The notes beneath the pieces were generated by a model. The model saw only the letters and a program-made list of their open reading frames with translations, was not told the DNA's origin and did not search any database. The position numbers and the translations under genes were made by a program. Source: Octopus bimaculoides (Eukaryota). From it: DNA of 44,769 nt. Of this stretch, positions 36,608-44,769 are shown piece by piece. Position 1 is the first letter of the stretch. Every line of letters begins with the position of its first letter. The stretch is from contig NC_068995.1 in assembly GCF_001194135.2 (NCBI RefSeq), forward strand, positions 6,962,847 through 7,007,615, written 5' to 3'.

Positions 36608-37240
36608 TTAATGATTGAGGCTAAGAAGCATGTAATCAGAAAATTTTATGCAGCCATGGCCATATTTATAATAAAATATTGTCATGTTTTTCAGTTAAAT
36701 TTTAAAAGTAATCAACATTCGATCCTCAGAAGAGAAGAGGTTGTTACAAAAGACAAACTGAAAAAAGACCGACGTGTATATATATATATATATGTACATC
36801 TATGTGTGTCTTAATGCCCGTGTTTCCCCCCCCCCCATCACTACTTGACAACTGGTGTTGGTGTGTTTACGTCCCTGTTTATTTAGTAGTTCAGCAAAAG
36901 AGACCAATAGAATAACTACTAGGCTCTAAAAAAAAATCAAGTCCTGGGGTCGATTTGCTTGACGAAAGCCCTTCAAGGTTGTGCTCCAGCATGGCTACAA
37001 ATCAAATGACTGAAGCAAGTAAAAGAATAAAAGACTACTTCAACATAAATATGATAATGAGAGGGTTAAGGGAGATTTGACTGCTATTTCCATCAGGTTC
37101 ACTGACTCCATAGAGGCTCCGTTGTCATGTATTTAAGATAAAACCCTAAATGTCAGATATTTGTGGTGTTAAGCACCGTTGCTCTTTACTTTCTCTGTCT
37201 TTTGTCTCTCTCTGTTTATTGTACAACTTCATTTGTGAAG

Positions 37241-37261
37241 TTCGTTGCAGAAGATTCCGGT
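37241..37261 (+). other. Candidate microexon, 21 nt (or 11 nt from 37251)
   Basis: 65-nt AG-free pyrimidine-rich upstream zone, acceptors at 37240 and 37250, donor GGT|GTGAGT. Confidence 0.4.
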
Positions 37262-37516
37262 GTGAGTATTTCCTTTTGTGTATTTCCCTCCAATTTTGAA
37301 GGAAAACAAACCCCCTATTGTTCTCTTTACTTGGTCTCATTGTAACACTTCCACGAATATAATTATCCTGACTCAAACCTTTTCCACTGTCTCCTCTTTC
37401 AGACTTAAGCTTTCGTAATAAGACCCTATGTAGCCCCTTGGCCTGTTGGATGTAGCAGATCAGTAGAGACTGACCCAGGGCTAAACAACAGCTATTGTAA
37501 CTCTAAACAACTATAG

Positions 37517-37559
<43 letters not shown>

Positions 37560-37560
37560 C

Positions 37561-37966
37561 AGGTGCAGGTGTGGCTGTGTGGTTAGAAGCTTGCTTCCCA
37601 ACCACATGGTTCTGGGTTCAGTCCTACTGTGTAGCACATTGGTCAAGTGCCTTCTACTGTAGCCTCGGGTCGACCAAAGCCTTGTGAGTGGATTTGGTAG
37701 ATGGAAACTGAAAGAAGCTTGTTGTGTATATATATGTATGTGTATATATATTTAGCTGTGTGCCTGTGTTTGTTTCCCCACCGTCGCTTGAAAAAACCCG
37801 ATGTTGGTGTGTTTACGTCCCCGTAACTTAGCGGTTCGGCAAAAGATACTGATCGAATAAGTACTAGGCTTACAAAGAATGAGTCCTGGGGTTGATTTGT
37901 TCGACTGAAGGTGGTGCTCCAGCATGGCCGCAGTTAAATGACTGAAACGAGTAAATGAATAAAAGA
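37561..37966 (+). mobile_element. Full-length family A SINE
   Basis: Head, TA/GT tract and tail all present. Confidence 0.92.
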
Positions 37967-37999
<33 letters not shown>

Positions 38000-38014
38000 A
38001 CACAAGCTATATAT

Positions 38015-38545
38015 AAGGCAGTTTGCTGGCTCATTGGTTAGCATGCTGAACAAAACACTTTGCAACATTTTGTCCGTCTTTGTGAGCTGAGTTCAAACTT
38101 TGCCAAGGTCGACTTTGCTTTTTATCCCTTCGGGATCGATAAAATAAGTACCAGTTACATACTGAGGTTGATTTATTTGTCTTACCCACTTCCCCAATAT
38201 TTCAGGCCTTGTGCCTATAGTAGAAAGGGTTATTATTATTATTATTATTATTATTTGGGCACCAATGCTGGTCACTTGTGAAAGATATCCGTGCCGGCGA
38301 CACACATATGGCACTCGTGCTGGTGACACATTAAAGGGTACCTGTGCCGGTGACACGTAAAAGACTTCCAGTACACTCTGTAAAGTGGTTGGCATTAGGA
38401 AGGGCATCTAGCTGTAGAAACCAACCCAAAACAGATGATCGGAGCCTGGTGCAGCTCTCTGGCTTACTGATCGGGGCCCCAGTCAAACCATCTGACCTAT
38501 GTCAACATGGAAACTGGACGTTAAATGATGATGATAATGATGATG
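38015..38545 (+). mobile_element. Family B SINE (38015-38255, (ATT)n tail) followed by family C (38262-38545)
   Basis: Recognisable B head and tail, then C subrepeats and (GAT)n tail. Confidence 0.88.
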
Positions 38546-40014
38546 GTTATTATTATTCTGTATGACACGGCGTCCATTCATTGCAATGAGGCCAGTACCC
38601 ATGTCATACACTGCATCGTTCTCGTTATATAATCTATTAACCTTATCTGCCAAACAGTTGCTTTACCCAGGTCTATTGGCCCTGGCTAACAGTTGAGAAA
38701 AAAGAAAAAAATCTGAATCTTTGGCAAGCTCACCACCACCACCACCATCTCAAGTGTTGGATAGGGCAGAACCAAGTGAGATAGGGGCAAGGTAGTGGGA
38801 GGAACCAATTGCTCACCCTCCTCCTCCTCACATTATCTACACCCCACACACTCTTTTCCTCTCTCACCCTCTCCCTCTCCTCCACCTACATTTGTCTCTT
38901 AATAAACAACTGCTATCATTGACACTAGAAGCCTATTATTCTTTATGAAAGACGTTTTTCACTAAACTTGTCTCTATTTACTGAGTAGGCATTGCTTTCC
39001 GCAGCTTAGATCAGCAGTGCACACGTATGTACAGAGTATGTATGTACACTGAGCGTGTGCGTGCAAATATACAAGTATTCTTTCACCTCTTATTGATCTT
39101 CAAGCTGTCTATAGTTATATATATATATATATACATATANNNNNNNNNNNNNNNNNNNNNNNNNNNNNNNNNNNNNNNNNNNNNNNNNNNNNNNNNNNNN
39201 NNNNNNNNNNNNNNNNNNNNNNNNNNNNNNNNNNNNNNNNNNNNNNNNNNNNNNNNNNNNNNNNNNNNNNNNNNNNNNNNNNNNNNNNNNNNNNNNNNNN
39301 NNNNNNNNNNNNNNNNNNNNNNNNNNNNNNNNNNNNNNNNNNNNNNNNNNNNNNNNNNNNNNNNNNNNNNNNNNNNNNNNNNNNNNNNNNNNNNNNNNNN
39401 NNNNNNNNNNNNNNNNNNNNNNNNNNNNNNNNNNNNNNNNNNNNNNNNNNNNNNNNNNNNNNNNNNNNNNNNNNNNNNNNNNNNNNNNNNNNNNNNNNNN
39501 NNNNNNNNNNNNNNNNTATATATATATATATATATATTGAAAATAAGTTAATATTCTGAAGCAGTGTGTAGATCAGGTTGACTGGATATCTATATTTAAA
39601 TGTACATATATGTATATGCGTGTGTGTATATGTGTGTGTATATATATGTGTGTATATACACGCACACAAATATATGTATATATTTATATATCTGTGTGTA
39701 TGTATGTGTGTGTGTGTGTATATTTTTGTGTATTATCTCCATTGGTTCAGTCAAAGTGCACCCCTCTCAGTTGTAGTACTCAATACAGGATTCAAGTGTA
39801 AAGTTACATATCACTTTTAGTTCAGAAATCCGTGCAGTGACCATTTCAACTTCAGGCCAATATAACGAGCTGAAGCTGAAATGACCATTGTCCTGATTTG
39901 ATTAAAAGAAAGAAAAAAAAGAGATGTGTGTGTTTATATTATATAATATGTGTATGTATGCACACACACACAAATGCATGTGTATGTGTGTATATAAATA
40001 CCTTTCTATTTCTG

Positions 40015-40645
40015 TCTATATCCATCTATTTATCCATCTACCCATCTATTTATCCATCTACCCATCTATTTATCCATCTACCCATCTATTTATCCATCTA
40101 CCCAGATGAATATCCATCTACCCATCTATTTATCCATCTACCCATCCATTTATCCATCTACCCATCCATTTATCCAGCTACCCATCTATTTATCCAGTTA
40201 CCCATCTATTTATCCATCTACCCATCTATTTATCCATCTACTCATCTATTTATCCACTTACCCATCTATTTTTCCATCTACCCATCTATTTTTCCATCTA
40301 CTCATCCATCTACCCATCTATTTATCTATCTACCCATCTATTTATCCATCTACCCAGATGAATATCCATCTACCCAGATGAATATCCATCTACCCATCTA
40401 TTTATCCATCTACCCATCCATTTATCCACCTACCCATCTATTTATCCAGCTACCCATCTATTTATCCAGTTACCCATCTATTTATCCAGTTACCCATCTA
40501 TTTATCCATCTACCCATCTATTTATCCATCTACCCATCTATTTATCCATCTACCCATCTATTTATCCACTTACCCATCTATTTATCCATCTACTCATCCA
40601 TCTACCCATCTATTTATCTATCTACCCATCTATTTATCCATCTGC
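40015..40645. repeat. 20-bp minisatellite, about 31 units (CCATCTATTTATCCATCTAC)
   Basis: Regular 20-bp period; it produces the spurious 253-aa [17 protein letters not shown]. Confidence 0.97.
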
Positions 40646-40791
40646 ATTCAAGTTATTAATATATGTGTTTATTTATCCAAAGAGAAAAAAAAATGTGTAT
40701 TGTGAACCTACATGATTACATAATGTTGCATTCATCATAATCGATATATATCCATACATCACCTTATTTATCTTTTCTTTTCTTCCTTTAG

Positions 40792-40841
40792 GTAAGTGGT
40801 ACATTTTCATACCTTAACACTTCGCTGTGTATCCAGTTCAG
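40792..40841 (+). other. 50-nt exon whose first six bases are a consensus 5' splice site (candidate recursive-splicing exon)
   Basis: 19-nt pure pyrimidine tract, AG|GTAAGT, downstream donor CAG|GTATGT. Confidence 0.55.
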
Positions 40842-41170
40842 GTATGTACCTATGTATGTAGATATGCAGTTATATATCCGTTATCTGTCAATGAAAGGTT
40901 GTTTGTTTACTGTTGAGATTTATTTTCAGTTTTTCTTTGCAGAATTCCTGCTGTCTGCTAACAAAGTGACAAGGCTTCTCTGTTTGCGTCACAACAGTTC
41001 CAACGATGTGTGAACATGTGAGAACTAATGCGTGTATGTTCGAAAGCGCATGTATATGTAATGGGTGTACATTTTATTACACAAATGTGTGTTTGATTAC
41101 TCTTTGTGTAAGTATGTCTGTGTGTGTGTGTGCATAACACGCATACCTGTGTGACTGTTTATGTGTTTAG

Positions 41171-41261
41171 ATGTTCATTCCAGAAAACATAAATGAAGAA
41201 CCTTTGGAAGGTTTTTCAAATCTTCGCACAGTCCCAAATCTGTTGGATTTGGAACATGCCA
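41171..41261 (+). CDS. Candidate coding exon beginning with ATG (MFIPENINEEPLEGFSNLRTVPNLLDLEHA)
   Basis: TGTGTTTAG acceptor, only one open frame, CCA|GTCAGT donor; no homology recognised. Confidence 0.3.
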
Positions 41262-42036
41262 GTCAGTATTATTCTTCCTGGAAGACTCCAGCATTTCTAG
41301 GTTTTTGAATAAATCTCTTGTTTACATAGTGCAGTCCTCTAAAAATAGTGTTTATGAATGAAAATCTATTGACTTGATCAAAGGGCTATAATATCCATAA
41401 TAATTTGTATTTTTCTTTTTCCACAACTTCAGACAAAACTGTCACATCCATGGATAAGGCTATAATTGTGTTGTAAGAAGCTTGCTTTCCGATCTCGAGA
41501 CTCTCTGTCCATCCCACTGTGTGACACTTTGGGCACATGTCTTCTATCGTCTTGGGCTTGTGAATGGATTTAGTAGAAGACTGGCGAACCAGATGGCTGC
41601 ACCAGGCTCCAGTCTGATCTGGCAGAGTNNNNNNNNNNNNNNNNNNNNNNNNNNNNNNNNNNNNNNNNNNNNNNNNNNNNNNNNNNNNNNNNNNNNNNNN
41701 NNNNNNNNNNNNNNNNNNNNNNNNNNNNATATATATATATATATATGTGTGTATATATATATGAGTCTGGTGCAGCCTTCCAGCTTACCGGCCCTGGTCA
41801 AACCGTGCAACCCATGCCAGCATGGACCATGGACATTAGATGAGGATACACACACACACACTTTATATAAATATATATAAATAAAAGTTCATGCTTACAT
41901 TATACTTCGTGTATGCATGCATATATATATATATGTGTGTGTGTGTGTAGGAACATAGATGATACTACAATACTGAGAAACATTGGTAAGACATCGGATG
42001 AAATTGCCCCTGCCTCACCTCTTGGCAGTCAAAGAT

Positions 42037-42074
<38 letters not shown>

Positions 42075-42407
42075 GGCTCATGTGTGGGCATTAGCTTTGG
42101 TGTGAATACGTGTCTGCATTGAATGTCTTTGACTGTGCATGTGTGTGAGTGTCTGTCTGTTCATTTCTTGACTGCTGTGATAAATGCCAGCATCATTGTA
42201 TCCAAAGATGCTGACTCAGCAAATATAATTGATTCAAACAATTTGGGATAGAGAGAGTTATAGACTACAACAAAATGACACGATATCCACACACACAAAC
42301 ACACACACAAACACACACACAAACACACACACACAAAGACCAAACTGAGCAGTTTCAGTTGTGGTTTTCAATTTTAATCATTTTTGAGGATATAACACCT
42401 CAGTTTT

Positions 42408-42605
42408 GTGGTAACCACACTCATCTCGTAGCAGCTACACTTATTTTGTGAGAGCCACACTCTGTTTTGTGGGGTTGTACTCTATCTTGTGGTAGCTGCA
42501 CTCTATTTTGTAGCAGCCACACTGTTTTGTGGTAAGCCAGACCATCTTTTGTTGAAGTCACACCATATTTTAGGGTAGTCACACTATATTTTGTTGTAGC
42601 CAAGT
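42408..42605. repeat. Degenerate ~22-bp tandem repeat (GTGGTAGCCACACTCTATTTT)
   Basis: About 9-10 diverged units. Confidence 0.8.
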
Positions 42606-42807
42606 ACAATAAATATTTGAGAAGAGAAAGTCCTATTATATCTATTATACTTCTCCCATCCTTTTCTCTTTTGTGAATTAGGGTGAGCCTCAGTATACTT
42701 TCAGCTATATTTCTTCCACTATCCATCACTATGTTGGCCATGTGCTTAATCCAGAAAGTAAACTAGTCATAGAAAATAATATTTACTCTACTTCTTTGTT
42801 ACAGAAT

Positions 42808-43001
42808 AGGCGTAGGAGTGGCTGTGTGGTAAGTAGCTTGCTTACTAACCACATGCTTCCGGGTTCAGTCCCACTGCGTGGCACCTTGGGTAAGTGTCTT
42901 CTACTATAGCCTCGGGCCGACCAAAGCCTTGTGAGTGGATTTGGGACTGAACCTGGAACCATATAGTTGGGAAGCAAGTTTCTTACCACACAGCCACGCC
43001 T
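42808..43001. mobile_element. Fold-back chimera of two family A SINE 5' parts
   Basis: Forward head and body 42808-42944 fused to an inverted head 42942-43001. Confidence 0.88.
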
Positions 43002-43065
43002 AACAAATTTTAACTTTTGGTTTTTCTACATTCTGAGTGGAAACCTTTATTGTTCTTCTCTCTTA

Positions 43066-43378
43066 GAGATCAGGGAGTCTCTCCAGGTTGTGCTGCAACT
43101 TCTCTGCATTGAGAAGTCACAACTCTGCTTCATTGTGGACATGTGATTAGAATGTCATGGCGAAGAATCCCAAGACGGATGCTTCAAGCTGAGCCAACCG
43201 GCAGGAGACCAAGGCATAGACCAAGGCATAGACCAAGAATGAGATGGTTGGACAATATTCTTAGTCTCTGTTGGTCATGCTTGGGAATGTGACTTTAAAG
43301 TCTGATGAGGGTTACTTCTGAGAGGACCGTATGGAGGAGGTACCTGAGGACTCTGCTCCCATGACTCTATCAGGAATA
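43066..43378 (+). mobile_element. RTE-clade LINE 3' relic, same family as 1365-1710
   Basis: EIRESLQVVLQLLCIEKSQL..GHVIRMSWRRIPRRMLQAEPTGRRPRHRPRHRPRMRWLDNI..VWRRYLRTLLP*, with an in-frame 12-bp duplication. Confidence 0.85.
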
Positions 43379-43690
43379 AAGACCCTCTTTGGTCATGAAT
43401 GACCATGGAATTGCACCTAGAAACTTACTCTCTGGGCAAGGTTGTTTATGGTGAATCAGCAGTCGCCCATGCATAGCAGCCTCCCCTCTCCATGTCACTG
43501 ATGTTATCCATGGGAAAAAAGGTTGATACAATTTGGCACTAGTGATGTTGGTACTCATTTCTACAGATGAGTGAACTGGAGCAATGTGAAATAAAGTGTT
43601 TTGCTCCAGAACACAACATACAGCCCGGTCTAGGAATCGAACTCGCTACCTCATCATTGTGAGCCTGACACTGAGCTATGCAACTTCACT
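43376..43690 (-). mobile_element. tRNA-head CORE-type SINE, family E
   Basis: Reverse homologue of 36029-36345, including CORE-like GAGTGAACTGGAGCAATGTGAAATAAAGTG. Confidence 0.85.
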
Positions 43691-44146
43691 GCTTCCATGA
43701 CCCTACCAAGAATAGTGGGCAGAGAAGATGGAGGGATAATGGATGGAAGATAAAGTTTATTACTCACCACAATTAAAATTGGATTAATAATCATTATTCG
43801 CCTTAAATCATTGAGCCACTTAATGATTCTTTATTAGAAATGACCACATTCTTGAAATCTTTCCACTTTTTTTTCCATTATTGGTTCCAGTTTATTCTTG
43901 ACAAATCTAATTTTAATCTCTTTCCTTACATCTCAGCAAAAATAATTTCTCCAACAACTATTTTTGTCTACATTTTTCACATTTCTCAACTTCTGCAAGC
44001 TTTTCTGGGTCCCCCCCCCCCACCACCACCAAAGAGGAATGTCTGTCTGTTTGTCGTTCAGTTCTAGTTTCCTTTTTTTTTTTTTTTATACCAAAGTTTA
44101 CTTTCTTATCAGTGGTCACTCATTATTTCTCCCTATCTGTAATTAG

Positions 44147-44209
44147 AAGACCAGATTCCAATTATCTTATCAACTATACCGGTCCTCCCACTAGTCACAC
44201 ACTCGAACG
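44147..44209 (+). CDS. Candidate 63-nt symmetric exon (DQIPIILSTIPVLPLVTHSN in phase 1, or RPDSNYLINYTGPPTSHTLER in phase 2)
   Basis: TATTTCTCCCTATCTGTAATTAG acceptor, ACG|GTATGG donor, unique sequence with two open frames. Confidence 0.35.
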
Positions 44210-44438
44210 GTATGGGAGTAATAGTGGTGGCACTAGTAATGCTTGTGAATGTGACAATAGTGATGTTTATAGTAATGATGATGATGTGATAATGGAGTTA
44301 ATTGATGGCAGGGAACATTGGTGTTTGTGATGTTGATGGGGGACTATAGTGGCAGTGATGATATTGGAAGTAATGGTGATATTTATGACACTAGTGATGC
44401 CTAGTTATATAAATATATATACAACCTGTTTCCACATT

Positions 44439-44712
44439 CATCATCATCATCTTCATCACCGTTTAACGTCTGCTTTCGATGCTAGCATGGGTTGGACGAT
44501 TTGACTGAGGACTGGTGAAACCAGATGGCTACACCAGGCTCCAATCTGATTTGGCAGTTTCTGCTGCTGGATGCCCTTCCTAATGCCAACCACTCTGAGA
44601 GTGTAGTGGGTGCTTTTACGTGTCACTGGCACGAAGGCTGGTCAGGCAGTACTGGCAACAGCCACGCTCAAAATGATGTATTTTACATGCCACCTGTACA
44701 GGAGCCAGTCCA
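44439..44712 (-). mobile_element. Family C SINE-like element
   Basis: (CAT)n-GTTTAACGTCTGCTTTCGATGCTAGCATGGGTTGG..GGATGCCCTTCCTAATGCCAACC.. Confidence 0.92.
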
Positions 44713-44720
44713 TTATACAT

Positions 44721-44769
<49 letters not shown>

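Noticed and set aside
38665-38715. Minus-strand acceptor and donor pair enclosing 15-19 nt
   Set aside because: The donor is weak (GTAAAG) and the sequence resembles the start of the family F repeat.
44147-44209. PTSHT and IPVLP words reminiscent of the cereblon N-terminus
   Set aside because: The two words are in different frames with the wrong spacing; coincidental, so no gene symbol is assigned.
101-44330. All long ORFs in the supplied track (for example 444-1412, 27190-28875, 39898-40659)
   Set aside because: They are translations of CA/TA/GA microsatellites, of the 20-bp minisatellite, or run through N-gaps; none has a protein-like composition.

Overview
Eukaryotic, AT-rich, repeat-dense draft-assembly DNA with 14 N-gaps (about 5.3 kb, 12%) and very many (CA)n/(TA)n/(GA)n microsatellites. 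The SINE families match what I recall of Octopus repeats, so a coleoid cephalopod is the likely source (inference, not a database result). No complete CDS is visible: the long ORFs in the supplied track are microsatellite or N-gap artefacts. Most of the window is intronic or intergenic. It holds at least five SINE-like families (labelled A-E, my own names), a recurrent old repeat F, RTE-type LINE relics, and piggyBac-like and Tc1/mariner-like MITEs. One CpG-rich housekeeping-type promoter (E2F, YY1, ETS, 2x NRF1) sits at 17.69-17.80 kb beside a 0.9 kb gap. Several small plus-strand exon candidates occur but I cannot assign them to a gene. Best leads: a polypyrimidine-AG|GTAAGT site with a second donor 50 nt downstream (recursive-splicing architecture, 40.79 kb); a 154-bp fold-back element filled with head-to-head TTAGGG/CCCTAA repeats (25.82 kb); a Penelope-type minimal hammerhead ribozyme with one core mutation (6.70 kb); tandem arrays built from MRE cores (3.7 kb) and AP-1 sites (11.1 kb); and a microexon candidate (37.25 kb).
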